From NCBI GenBank assembly GCA_002633005.1, contig NMRA01000049.1:912011-976010 (forward strand): a stretch of 64,000 nucleotides of DNA, read 5' to 3'. The notes under the pieces were generated by a model. The model was not told where the DNA came from and made no database searches. It was given only the letters and a program-made list of their open reading frames with translations. Positions 50,701 to 62,225 of this stretch are shown one piece after another. This DNA is from Phoronis australis (taxonomy: Eukaryota > Animalia > Phoronida). How positions within the stretch are numbered: position 1 is the first letter of the stretch; each line of letters starts with the position of its first letter. Position numbers and translations under genes: made by a program.

Positions 50701-51953
50701 CTATTACGAATTGTGCTGTTGGCACCATAAATTTCCTGAACAACACAACATCAATATTGATCTTCATTCCATAACAATGTGTCCCTGGCACATTTTCTGT
50801 TTATGAGCCCCTTGTTTCCGAGGCAGGTTTCTATTTGGGGAGATGGGTAAAAGAATATGGTGTGTTTCCAAATATGAGGGGCTAACTATTTCGAATTTCT
50901 CGGTATTGCATCATTGTGAAAGAATTAGAGTGATGTGTAGTTCCTGCATCTTTTCATGAACAGCTTTAATTATTCTATGGAATAATGATAGTCTCTGATT
51001 GGTGACTTGTTTATATTGAGAAACGATTGATGAATATATCGCAATTAACAGGTATAAGGAGGGTATGTTGAAAGCTCGCTCAACGGACCCAGAGACCAAG
51101 ACACTAATAGATGGTGCTTCAGCTGGTATGGTGGCCACAGCTGATCACGAGGGCTATGAGGCTCTCGAGGAGTGGGAGGTGGATGAACTTCTGGACTGGA
51201 CAACCAGCCTCAACTTTGATGAGTATGATTTCACTGTTGTGTCATTTCTATGCACTCTGGGATGTATATGCTTAACCCTTTACTTGAAGGGGCTAGTGCT
51301 TTGAACTACCTTGCACAAAAATTTTTCAGTCAGATATCATGATATCATGTTTTTCAGTGCAAAGAACTAATTTGTAATGCATTCTGACTACCACCTCTCC
51401 CTTTTGAAAGATCCAGTCATGATAATATTTCAATTACCTATTCAAAGCAAACCAATTTATGCAATGTACCAAAAGCGAGATGGATTTGTCTATTTTCCAA
51501 AACTTCAGTGCATTTGCTTTAAATTTAATTATACTTTGATATCGATCTGGATCATAGGGGATAAATTAAAGTTCTGTATTGTAAGCATGTGTGCAAATCC
51601 ATCTCCATTGTCCTTTCCCTCAATTAAGTGGCATATTCATAGGCTTATTTCGTTTACTTGGAATTTAGCATTAATTTGGTAATTATTGACTGTTGATTTT
51701 GTTGTGCTTTATTAACGACTATTTCAGCATGTGATATATAAATTTCTAAATTCCTTGTTTCAGCTATCTTCTGGGTTGGAAAGAACTCGCAACCAGTTCT
51801 AGCTCTGGAGCCCGTGTTGATGAAAATCTCAAACTTCAGGCAAACGACCTTGACCCCTATGCTTTCACACTTTCAACGGCACCTACGCGACCAGAAACTC
51901 AGATATATTTGTCGCGACCCACAACAGTTGATGTGAATTTAACACAGTCATGA
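41611..51953 (+). CDS. C11orf65: C11orf65/MFI-like IQ-motif protein, spliced, ~460 aa: join(41611..41704,42463..42512,42945..43033,43572..43629,45147..45377,46303..46449,47062..47215,48953..49086,50239..50303,51052..51222,51764..51953)
   Basis: Manual splicing gives one open frame of 1383 nt with GT-AG introns and consistent phases. Peptides VVIQRAWRKHI, INPAEAKMLDAASGIHLRFRLAG, KFPPNIYYKIFTHRPVQDLCANSP, GWYKRIENNGWR, KKIEWMKKMY and EWEVDELLDWTTSLNFDDYLLGWKELATS match the human C11orf65/MFI sequence as I recall it. Confidence 0.88.
42463..42512 (+). CDS. C11orf65: MFI-like coding exon 2 (ASKSRELAGGSVFARK)
   Basis: Acceptor gttttctttcag, donor aag|gtatag; phases 1/0 fit the neighbouring exons. 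Confidence 0.6.
42945..43033 (+). CDS. C11orf65: MFI-like coding exon 3 with IQ motif (AVIEIQRCWRGYSWR)
   Basis: Acceptor cctctttcag, donor ag|gtctgt, IQxxWRGY motif. Confidence 0.75.
43572..43629 (+). CDS. C11orf65: MFI-like coding exon 4 (KKNSVILAPEPWPDKPSVK)
   Basis: Acceptor gttttgcag, donor aag|gtatga; phases 2/0 fit. Confidence 0.65.
45147..45377 (+). CDS. C11orf65: MFI-like coding exon 5 ending in IQ motif (NAAVVIQRAWRKHI)
   Basis: Acceptor tttccag, donor gtgagt; corresponds to human AARVIQQAWKSFL. Confidence 0.85.
46303..46449 (+). CDS. C11orf65: MFI-like coding exon 6 (DTQVFKYYKELINFKSRGDPSLMLRCINPAEAKMLDAASGIHLRFRLAG)
   Basis: Acceptor tttctag, donor gtaagt, strong similarity to C11orf65. 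Confidence 0.92.
47062..47215 (+). CDS. C11orf65: MFI-like coding exon 7 (DKFPPNIYYKIFTHRPVQDLCANSPKDY...)
   Basis: Acceptor ccctttcag, donor a|gtacgt; near-identical to human KFPPDIYYKIFTHRPIEDLCANSP. Confidence 0.92.
48953..49086 (+). CDS. C11orf65: MFI-like coding exon 8 (KEGWYKRIENNGWRMVSD...DFHHNR)
   Basis: Acceptor gtttctag, donor gtaggt; GWYxRIENNGWR motif. Confidence 0.92.
49961..50040. repeat. 20-bp tandem repeat x4 (cttcgtaccctccatcatgg)
   Basis: Read directly; intronic. Confidence 0.95.
50239..50303 (+). CDS. C11orf65: MFI-like coding exon 9 (LQRKEEVRKKKKQKKIEWMKKM)
   Basis: Acceptor tatttcag, donor at|gtatgt; corresponds to human LKRRQDLEKKRKLRKIEWMRQM. Confidence 0.9.
50352..50585. 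repeat. 31-bp minisatellite, ~7 copies (catgtgccatggtactctgagtatacttagt)
   Basis: Units start at 50415, 50446, 50477 and 50508, with degenerate flanking copies. Confidence 0.9.
51052..51222 (+). CDS. C11orf65: MFI-like coding exon 10 (YKEGMLKARSTDPET...EEWEVDELLDWTTSLNFD)
   Basis: Acceptor acag, donor ga|gtatga; EWEVDExLxWTxxLNFD motif. Confidence 0.9.
51764..51953 (+). CDS. C11orf65: MFI-like last coding exon (YLLGWKELATSSSS...NLTQS*)
   Basis: Acceptor gtttcag, WKELATS motif, stop TGA at 51951-51953. Confidence 0.88.
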
Positions 51954-52531
51954 TGGTGTGAATTACAGGAAGTTTTGCCCTTGCCAATACAAGACACTTT
52001 TAGAGGGTGGCGTGTCACCAACTGTCTGTTCTGTGATAGGCCCCAGCACAAAATGTACCCTGTACCCCTGACCCAGTGTCTATCACCAATAAAATGTATC
52101 CTGCTCTGTTTTTTATGGTATCGGTGACTGTATTGTACAATTTTCAGCCAAAATGTTCCCTGCTGGACTATTTGAGTAGGGTAATTTTTAGCATGTGGTT
52201 TCTTGGCCTGTTTTTGCGAGACCAGAATCCATTAGTTTGCAACACTAAGTGTTCACATGTAATTTGATTACTGTCACTATACTCTCTCCTGTCAGTTGTA
52301 AACCTAGATATCTGCTGCTCAGTGGATGCTTTTTACAGAGATATTGCACTATATCCCCATTCTCTAGTGAATTGTTGTACACCCTAAGTCAGCATTGAAT
52401 TCCCAGATGTTTCCATGAAATGTCAGATGCTTATACCTGTGCTGGAGGTGCCAGTTTCACCTGCATTCCACGGAGGAGCTCTTGTTTCTGTGATAATCTA
52501 TTATAGACACATTAAGTCTTTATTTTAGTTA

Positions 52532-52537
52532 AATAAA
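52532..52537 (+). terminator. Candidate polyadenylation signal AATAAA of the MFI-like gene (alternative at 52088-52093)
   Basis: AATAAA downstream of the stop codon, followed by T/GT-rich sequence. Confidence 0.4.
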
Positions 52538-54010
52538 TTGGCAATCAAAAGATTTTAATAAGATTTAGTTGTTTAATTTCAGATCTTCTACTTTTTGGTC
52601 ACTTATACTGGAAACGTTTCAAGGTACTAATGGATACTGGAATTACCTTTGATTCATTTTTTTAAATAAATATTTTTTAAGTATTGATTGTTGGCTTCAT
52701 GCTTAAAACTACTGGTACATATTTTAAAACCCATCATGATCACCGAATGAAAATTATGTCCTAACGTCGAGTGAAGTATGAGGGTTTTTCATGTGAGGAG
52801 GGTAGTAGTTTACATCCCCGATTGCAGTCCAGGTTTGGTCCGCTTCCTTCAGCTTCGCATACCCCACCCCTCCCCCCTCTTCCAATCACATGCTGGGTAG
52901 GGGCATGCAAGCAATAGTCCCTAGGGACGATAATCCGAAAAGTGATGACCCTTCGGTATCTGGAGGCGCGGCAGGTTGAAACTCATTTTGGGTATTGATA
53001 GTGAAGGTGTTGTAAATTGAAATGGGAAAATTACTGCAATATCTCCCTTACAAAATAAGATTTTTACAGAGAAAAGCCACGAGACACTGATAACAAACAC
53101 CTGGGCATGGTTTTTGAGCACATCCGCATTTCCCAAAAAGATAGATTTCTGAAAATGAACAAAAAATCTAATTTTGTGACTAGTGCCAGCGTTCAAGGTA
53201 GTTTCTTAGGCTATGTTTTTTTACTCTTATTTTAATGCTGTCTTCACATTCTCGGATTTTTTACGCGGAGTCCTTACATATCGCCAAACCGTAACCAATC
53301 GCAAGTATCCATAAATAATTTGTCTCTAAACAACTAGCAGACACTCTTAAAGATCCGTGAAAGGAGAGGCCATTTTGACATGTCAAAAATCTAGGATCGT
53401 CCACGCATTGATTTTTCCGTAAATAACACGCAAATTACTAAAAACCGCTCGCGAAAACACGTAACCATTTGAAAACTGCTCTTATGAATCCGTGGTAAAT
53501 GACTCTTACCAATTCGTAGCAAACTTTGTAAGGACTTTTCAAATTTTGCTTCTAAGTTTTAAGGGTTTTCGTGGTTACGGGACACTAATTTGTTTCAGAA
53601 AATTGGGTGGGAAAGTCTTTTTCAATATCCTGTTAGTAGGCTAAAACCAAATTTGGTTTTGTTTTATTAAATACTTTCAAACCTAAAATTTAAAAATACT
53701 ATTGTCGTCACGACCCGTGTGTTTATGATGGGCCTTATTGTCTAGCGATAACATCAGCAGACTGGGGCGATGTAATTAACTCTACAACAACACGGTGTCT
53801 TTGATCAATGCCGCCAGATTTTGAGGTACGCAAACCGGCGGTCGAGTTGCTGAATTTCGACCGGTGAGGGCCGGTGTCAACGTAGGATTCTTTTGTTGTC
53901 GGACTTCAGATATGCCTTGAGTGGTTAGAGTCCAATATTCCGAAAACCAGCTGAGTGCGATAAAGTGCAGCGCTACAGTTTTCAAAATGTATCGGTGAGT
54001 TTCGTAGAAT

Positions 54011-55783
54011 GCCGACAATAATATTGGCTCAGTTCCGCTTGATCAGTAGAACTTCGGACTAGGGCACCTTCGGACTTGTCAGAGCTTTTCCTTTTTGTAG
54101 TGTACGTGTTGCCTTGCATTTTCTTTTCCTTTAAAAACAGGCTTTGATCGAATACTAACTGCACTTCTCCTAAATATATCTGTAGGACTAAAATCAGCAT
54201 GATTTAAGTTTATGAACCCGCCTAGCTTAGCAATGTTCGTGGTGTATGCGATTATGAAGCGATCTAGTTAAAATTTAGTGAAAATCGACTTATTTTCATG
54301 GATGCGATTTTTGAATAATCAAAACTTTAGTGCTGGTGCTATTTTTTGATTTGCCTTGGTCACGTGAGACTTCCGACGCTGATCCGATATCTTTTACAAT
54401 TTGCAGCTGAAAAAATGGTCTTGTGAGGGCGATTCGGAAATTATGAGACGGAGCGCCAGCTGCAATCGTCGGTGAAAGGAAATCACCAACCGGTGCGCAG
54501 TTGATGCGATAGAAAGCGCAAGGCATCGGAGGTGAACCATAGATTGGCAGTGGTCCTAACGTGATAAATTTTCGGTCTTGACTTGTTAAAATTTGGTCCT
54601 TACGTGATAAATTATAAGTCCTAGCGTAATAAATTCTGGCTCTGAGCTGATTTTTGGTCCCGGCCTACGGAGTTTTTAATTCTTGAACAGAAAACATTGG
54701 TCCTGGAATGTTTTCCGTTTGGCTTTTTTGTACCTTATAGGCTGCAGTTTTGTGCAATGTATTTCCCGCACAAACCATATTTTAGAAAAAATGTTACTAT
54801 TTAGGTTGTGTCATCAAACTTTGAGGCTCTGTGGATAGTCACTGGCATCTCCATCGCATCAGCCGTTCATTTAGTTCATCGCTTTACAAACCTTAGNGCC
54901 GACAATAATATTGGCTCAGTTCCGCTTGATCAGTAGAACTTCGGACTAGGGCACCTTCGGACTTGTCAGAGCTTTTCCCTTTTGTAGTGTACGTGTTGCC
55001 TTGCATTTTCTTTTCCTTTAAAAACAGGCTTTGATCGAATACTAACTGCACCTCTCCTAAATATATCTGTAGAACTAAAATCAGCATGATTTAAGTTTAT
55101 GAACCCGCCTAGCTTAGCAATGTTCGTGGTGTATGCGATTATGAAGCGATCTAGTTAAAATTTAGTGAAAATCGACTTATTTTCATGGATGCGATTTTTG
55201 AGTTCTCAAAACTTTAGTGCTGGTGCTATTTTTTGATATGCCTTGGTCACGTGAGACTTCCGACGCTGATCCGATATTTTTTACAATTTGCAGCTGAAAA
55301 AATGGTCTTGTGAGGGCGATTCGGAAATTATGAGACGGAGCGCCAGCTGCAATCGTCGTTGAAAGGAAATCATCAACCGGTGCGCAGTTGATGCGATAGA
55401 AAGCGCAAGGCATCGGAGATGAACCATAGATTGGCAGTGGTCCTAACGTGATAAATTTTCGGTCTTGACTTGTTAAAATTTGGTCCTTGCGTGATAAATT
55501 ATAAGTCCTAGCGTAATAAATTCTGGCTCTGAGCTGATTTTTGGTCCCGGCCTACGGAGTTTTTAATTCTTGAACAGAAAACATTGGTCCTGGAATGTTT
55601 TCCGTTTGGCTTTTTTGTAGCTTATAGGCTGCAGTTTGGTGCAATGTATTTCCCGCACAAACCATATTTTAGAAAAAATGTTACTATTTAGGTTGTGTCA
55701 TCAAACTTTGAGGCTCTGTGGATAGTCACTGGCATCTCCATCGCATCAGCCGTTCATTTAGTTCATCGCTTTACAAACCTTAG
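54011..55783. repeat. 887-bp-period tandem duplication joined at 'n' 54897
   Basis: 54011-54896 and 54898-55783 are nearly identical, with scattered substitutions. Confidence 0.95.
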
Positions 55784-56169
55784 ATCAGGTACACCCGCTG
55801 ATTGGCTAACATGTGCAGAAACTGCAGTCATATACGTGTTTTCAAGATTAGATGCTCGTTCACTTAGAACTTTAGGCTCACTCAAGCATGCTATTTTGTG
55901 ATCTGAGTAAAACTAGAACAGAGGCTTACTATCTGCAAACTAAGTCAGACAGATACTGTAGTTTTTCGATACACAACGAATTTTTTCAATAAAAATCCTA
56001 CAAAAGTAATACGACCGTTTTGCATAAATTTGAGAGTAGTTTGAACGAGTTCGGAATTCCATGTTTATTCCAATACTCCCAAGTTCACACATGACAAACC
56101 AATAAGCCCGAGACAATCTCAGCGTTTTGCAGGCGTGCTTTTGACAATGTGTAAACTGGTTCCCGGGCC

Positions 56170-56400
56170 TCACACTCTGACGTCACGGATAGCGCCTAGA
56201 GGGTTTTGTGCACGTGACGGCGTTCTCCCGTTCAGTGGTTTTACCAGACGTGCGTGGAGGGTTGTGAGCGTGTGATAACATCTAGGCTGATTGTTAACTT
56301 CAAGCACAGTGTTTTGTCTGGTATGACAACAGGCAGCCCAATTATCTACCAGGCTTATAAGACCACGTTTGAACACTGTCAAAGCCCAGAGCAAACTGGT
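56170..56400 (+). promoter_or_regulatory. Candidate FoxJ2/3 promoter/enhancer cluster
   Basis: CpG-rich, with CRE TGACGTCA (56178), E-box CACGTG (56211), X-box-like ggtatgacaac (~56320), possible donor g|gtaggc at ~56398; ATTGG (reverse CCAAT) at ~55800. Confidence 0.35.
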
Positions 56401-56409
56401 AGGCCTATA

Positions 56410-56757
56410 TGTTCAGAAAGAATAGATTGTCGTAACTTCGGTTGTATTTGGGCGATTTTTTGCGATTCAAAAATTAAACATGATCAGCATTTGACGAAAA
56501 ATTCTGAAATGCTATTGGTTTATGTTCAAACATGTTATAACTTAACTTTTATTTTTAACAGCACAACCCAGTCAGGCTAGATATGATCGTATTGGAGATT
56601 AGAGCAATTATCGAACAAAAGAGAGCTGGCCTTCCAACTATAAATGGAAGAAAGAAGTTAATCAGTCGTGTAAGATATTGGCTACAGGGGTATACTTCCC
56701 AATTTGTTGTTGGGCTATAGAATCGAACAAGCTGGGAGCAACGGAAGACGCCGTAAT
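56410..56757 (-). repeat. Interspersed repeat; intact copy of 9505-9715 + 11905-12040
   Basis: Reverse complement matches gttgctcccaacttgttcgattctatagcccaacaac... and tgctgatcatg...aaaatcgccca...gacaatctattct. Confidence 0.85.
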
Positions 56758-57209
56758 CGGAGGAGACTAAAACTGATGTCAGTGCAGCATGCGGCCACTG
56801 AAATGTTTAGTGCGTTCTCACGTAGTTGACAAGCTCGATCAAAATTTTACTGATATATGAGCTTTGAAAACATAATGCCTCAAGGAAATGTATTTTGCAC
56901 TGATCTTCATATAACTATAGCTGGCAGTCATGGTATTGGGCGCTGATGCCCTCACCGATGTACCGCCGGGTACCACCGACACTTGCGTAACACGGCAACT
57001 GACGAACGAGCATGTTTTCAAGTGAACTGGGACTACGAAACACGTTGATTTTTTTTAATGGGAGCCCTCCACTGAGAGTCACGGTGCTGCTTTCTCCACA
57101 GCGGCAGGCCGGGCCCCCAGAGCGCCTTGGCGAAAGTTCTTTCTTTAGTTCTTATCCATCGGATCAGCGAGTCTTCTTTTCTCGACTGCTTACGTCGTAC
57201 GTAAGCTCA

Positions 57210-57281
57210 CGCCTGAAGGTCTCTTACCTCTATGGCCATCGGCTTCGCCTGAAGGTCTCTTACCTCTATGGCCATCGGCTT
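57210..57281. repeat. 36-bp perfect tandem duplication
   Basis: cgcctgaaggtctcttacctctatggccatcggctt x2. Confidence 0.95.
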
Positions 57282-58561
57282 CTCACGTCACTGTTTCAAC
57301 TAAGTTGGAGCTAGGGCTGGGGCCTACCTTGCCCAGTCCCCGCCCACTGAATCCCAAGTGGGCGGTGCTCGCCCGACTATCCAGATATATGACGTAGCAC
57401 CACAACATTCTAGCTAAAGCATTAGACAGAACCATAATTTCAAAAATTTTCAATTGGAGTTGGGGTCGAACTCTAACTTCTTCTGAACGTACGTATGACG
57501 CGTGACTATGAGGTCGCGCGGGCGGGCTCACCATGTGCTGCATAACGTGATGACCCCGAGCTTCTAGAGAGTAAGCACCGACGATAAGGATCCCCAGTTG
57601 GAAGCTTCAAGGACATAATCCTGAATTCTGTTGGTGTTTTCTGTTGCCGCAAAATGCTTAGTCGTTGAATGGCCATCGGCGATAAACTTGGACCCCATTC
57701 GGCCCTATTTGTTTCATTATCACTAGAAAACAGCGGTTTTTAGTGGATTGAATCTAATCCAGACATCAATGTAGTTCATTGTTGGGTTATTTCAATTTAC
57801 AAACTCAATTTGTAAATATCTTTTTAATTTAATTTAACTTAATTTCACTGATTTAATTTGTTTAATTCATGCAGTTTATTGCTCTACGGAGGACCATGTG
57901 GTATATTTGCCTTTGGCTAAAGCATGTTTTAAATCGTATTGACTTTTATCCTGTACAAATAAAGTTTATTATTATTTTTATTGTTATTGTTGTTTTTATT
58001 ATTATTCTTGTTGTTGTTATTATCAGCCGTTCGAGTGAATTGTGTACGCATCACATGCCCGCGCAGTTGGCTTTAAAGACCTTTAGCGTCACCTATCGAC
58101 AATCAGTGAAGACTTAAATTTCGCGCGTAGGCCTACATTATCCTTCTGTTGATATCACGTTAGTAAAAGCTTTAGTAACGGCACTCTGGAGGGTGCAGTA
58201 GAGGATATGAAGTCCACTCATTGTATAGACACAAGTTTAGCGTTTCTCTGTCTTAGGAATATATCAGTTCTCATACAAATGTCATCAGTCACAGTTCGAT
58301 AGCATACGGCTGCGTAGCAACTATGCTGGGGGTATAAAGCATTTCCGGAAAATCACACTATTACTGTATTTGCACAGAAATGTAAATCCACGTTTTCTCG
58401 CAATATTTCTACACTAGCCTGAGAACTTGGTATGACATGTAACATTTGCATATTTTTCATTTAATAAAAAAGACATTGACCTTACAAACGAAGATTGCGG
58501 AGAAGAGTATTGGCCGTGGAATAATCTCATACCATGTGAGACGGCTCTTGGGAAAATAAAG

Positions 58562-58891
58562 ATGGCGGAATTGGAAAGCAGTCTAACAGCCATGGACTGG
58601 CTCCCCCGACTAAACGTTCGGGGGGCAATGCGAGGAGGAACTGCAACTGTTGAAAACAACAAGACCGCTGGAGGAGTCGTGCCTATCAGAAAACCTCCTA
58701 ACTCACCGCTTGATACGTCTGCAACGTTGGACCAGGACGAACCAAAGGATGGCAAGCCGCCGTATTCGTACGCAAATCTCATCACCTTTGCTATTAACAG
58801 TACACCAAAGAAAAAAATGACTTTAAGTGAAATATACCAATGGATTTGTGACAATTTTCCGTATTATAGAGATGCCGGCAATGGTTGGAAA
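58562..58891 (+). CDS. FOXJ2/3: Forkhead box protein FoxJ2/3, first coding exon (partial; next exon not found in window)
   Basis: The N-terminal [17 protein letters not shown] motif and [48 protein letters not shown] match FOXJ2/FOXJ3. Donor gtgagt after GWK; probable acceptor at 58417. I did not find the NSIRHNLS exon before 64000. Confidence 0.93.
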
Positions 58892-58961
58892 GTGAGTAAA
58901 TTGTGACATAGCTAAAATGCAATCGGTGGAGCACGTTCGCTGCTGTTGACAATTGACAGGG

Positions 58962-59456
58962 TAGACAATGTCAATCACTCAATGACTATCGTCTCTACCG
59001 CCAGTAGTAGAGACGATGGAGCTCCTATAGGAGCTTCATACGCCAGAGGCTTTTCGGCGAATTTGCCTCGCATTGACTAAAACATCAGAGTCACTTTGTT
59101 ATAAATTTATACCTTTTGCGCCTAGAGGGACTGATCCTTAGGAGGCTGTCGATGTATTTAATTTCTTCCAACTCGACGAAATACTCCCAGCATTATCAAA
59201 CTTTTTCTTGGAGCAATCCCTCGTTCAGTACCCAAAATCGGTAACTCGCCATTTTTTTACACTGTGCCCGGCAGTATCCCCTAGCGTGCGCAGTGTGAAA
59301 ACAGCGAGGTGTCCCTCTAAGCGCAAAAGGTATTTATTACAATGTGACTTTGATGTTTAAGTCAGTGCGAGGCATAATTCGCCGAAAAGCTTCCTGCGTA
59401 TGAAGCTCCTGTAGCAGCTAGATGCACCAGCTAGCACAGACGATGGTCATTGTCTA
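58962..59456. mobile_element. Foldback MITE family C, copy 2 (a fragment is also at ~33750-33830)
   Basis: TAGACAATG...CATTGTCTA; flanks ttgacaggg / atgacagga; shares gctcctatagg(a/t)gcttcatacgcc core with copy 1. Confidence 0.8.
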
Positions 59457-60634
59457 ATGACAGGATTGCCTTTATGGTTTTTGTTTGCCAACTTTGACAA
59501 CATTTTGCAGGGAACTATCTGCACTTAGAATTACAATAATGGCCATGGAGAAGTGCACCCCAGCCCTACTTCTAGCTTTGGTACAAAACTGTGAACAGCA
59601 CTAGAACAGTTTTCAGTAAAAAATGGCCAAATACGGAATTGAATGTGACGTAAAATTGATGTCATTAAAAACTACCCTCTTCTTTGAATAAACTAAAATA
59701 GTTACTGGTGTTAGAAATTGACATTTTCCCCATGTTTTGCTACTCAGTTTGTGGAGTGAAAGGCTTTTGTCCCCATGAAGTAATTGACCAATTTCTTTTT
59801 TCTTCAATCAAATTTTTCATACACAAGGCTACGTTCATTCACAAGTTATTGAAATTAGTTACATTTCATGATAAGTTCTTAGTGTTTTATTACCAGTTAG
59901 GCTTTGGCGTAGCTGTCATCATCTCAGAAGAGATATGCTTTTGTTGCAAGAAAAACAGCAAATGGCTTATGCGTGAGTCACCGGGGTACTGTTTTCAAGT
60001 GGACGACAGCCTTATGTTTGTTATAAAAGCTGGAGAATGATATATTAGATTGTTTTGCTCATACACTGGTATACGGCTGAATCTGCCGAGTTAAGTATCA
60101 GCTGACTCCCGGATTTTGCATGCACCCCATCCATTTGTTAGCTGTATGTAGACAGTGCCACCAGCTGTACTGGGCTGATGCTGATGGCAGTCATGTTGTA
60201 GGGCTGCCATATACTGGAATCGTTTCAGCAAATTATGGAGGGGAGGGGTCAAATTGGTGGTGAACGAAGGAAAGTTTCCCCTCACCTGAAAAAATTCTTC
60301 GCTCAGAAGACATGGACACCTTTGCCCTCAGGTGTGCAAGAACCCTGTTTGTCACATAGTGGTGAGGTTGAGAACCTGGCGTGACTACCATCCCAATTGT
60401 CCATAGTGGAAATGAAAAAGTGCTGTATTACAAGAAGACCTTAGTTCATCTACTTCTATGGTTGAAAATGCTGAAGTGCGCGTGTCAGTCAGGCCAAAGA
60501 AAGTGTAGTTGGTTCTGGTCTGTATTTTTTGAAAATTAAGTAGGTGGTGCGGTATTTTTTTAGTTGCTCATTATTTAAAAAAAGAAAATACGTGTTAGAC
60601 CAGCAAAAGTGATGCATTGCTAGATTTGTTTGTG

Positions 60635-62225
60635 TGGCACATTTTGCCGTCATCCCTGTATTTCCAAAACCTTTTGATTTATGTTCATGAAATTTTGCAG
60701 GTCTATATGTTCCTTTTGTTTATTGGATGGCAAATAGGGATCTGTTAGGCAGGTGACGCCTTTGCGTTTTTGAACAGATTGAGGTATTTTGCGATATCTA
60801 GTGGCCATTTTTAAAGATTTATATATGGGTGCATATTGCCATCATCTCTCTGGGCGTGTGGCGTCTGCAGCTGTATCACCTAAACCCGTTGCGGGATCTT
60901 GCTGTGGCGACGAATTTCGGACGGGATCTGATTACCGGTGTGCCCCATAGTGACAATTTTAGTTTTTTTTACATTTCTTCATAAGTCCTCTACAGATTTT
61001 CTTGAAATTTGGTTCATATGCATCTATTAGTGAGACGATGCTATCCTCACGATTTTGGACGGATTCGAGGTATTTTGTGCCACCCAGTGGCCATTTTTAC
61101 AATTCCCCCTCTATCAACCAAACCACTCAAAGGATGATTGCGAAAATTAGCATACCAGGTATATGTTCTTAGTGTGAATAAGATGGTTGACGATGATTTT
61201 CTGATGACTTCGACTACTGCAGCACCTCCTAGTTGCAATTTTGTTTTTTTGCGTCCATAGCTATATCTCCTAAACCCACTACAGGATCTTTGCTAAATTT
61301 AGCAAGTGTATTTATATGTTATATGAAGTTGACAATGGACGACGACGACTTTCAGATAGACCGGCAATTGTAGTTTTTTACATTTACCTAGCTGTGTCTT
61401 TAAACGTCCTCAACGGATTTTCATGAAATTTGGCATGTAGGCATTTTGTAGTGAGATGAATATCCTCTCGTTTTCGGATGGACTCGAAGTATTTTGTGCC
61501 AGGTAGTGGCCATTCATTTTTACTGCTTTTGAGTTTGTTTTTGGCATTCATCCCTCTATCAAGCACACTTCTCTAAGGATGATTGCAAAAGTTGGAATAT
61601 ATGTTCTTAGTGTGAAGTGGATAATTGACGACGATTTTCCAATGACTTCGACTATTGTAGGCCGTCCGAGTGGCAGTTATGTTTTTTGCCCCCATAGGTG
61701 TATTTCCTAAACCCACTGCAAGATCTTTCTTAAATTTAGCAAGTCTATCTACGGTTGACATCAGACGACGACGATTTTCAGACGGATCCGACGAATGCTT
61801 TCCCGTAGTAGCAATTTAGTTTTTTTCTTCTGTTTCTCTGAAGTTCCTCGATGGATTTTTGTGAAATTTGGCAAATAGCTTTTTATTAAAAAAAAACAGC
61901 TACATGTTCTGGTTTCCAGATGGATTCAACGTATTTTGTGCCATCTAGTGTCTATTTTTACTGTTTACTAGTCTTTTTGGTATCCGCCCGTGTAATAACC
62001 AGGCCACTCTGAGGGTGAAGAAGATGGCTGACTTCTGTGGCGCCTCCTAGTGGCAGTGTTTTGCATCTATGGTTGTATACCCCACACCCTCTGCAAGATC
62101 TTTATTAAATTTTGTAAGTGTATTTACGGGTGTATGATGTCTAAAACAGACAACGACGACATTTGGATAGAACTGACTTCCGCTGTGCTCCCTCTAGTGG
62201 CAATTTTACTTTTTACATGGGATTT
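60635..62225 (+). repeat. Modular interspersed repeat with ~430-bp periodicity (relatives at 1-590, 32900-33185, 43950-44370, 44640-44930)
   Basis: Recurrent blocks ttttcatgaaatttggca, tattttgtgccatctagtggccatttt (61071, 61490, 61932) and ctaaacccact.c..gatcttt..taaatttagcaagt (61270, 61707, variant ~62080). Confidence 0.75.

Noticed and set aside
53982-55413. Duplicated small minus-strand ORFs as a paralogous gene pair
   Set aside because: They arise only from the 887-bp duplication and have no coding signal.
58414-58854. 146-aa minus-strand ORF, the longest in the track
   Set aside because: Antisense shadow of the FoxJ2/3 exon with no recognisable features.
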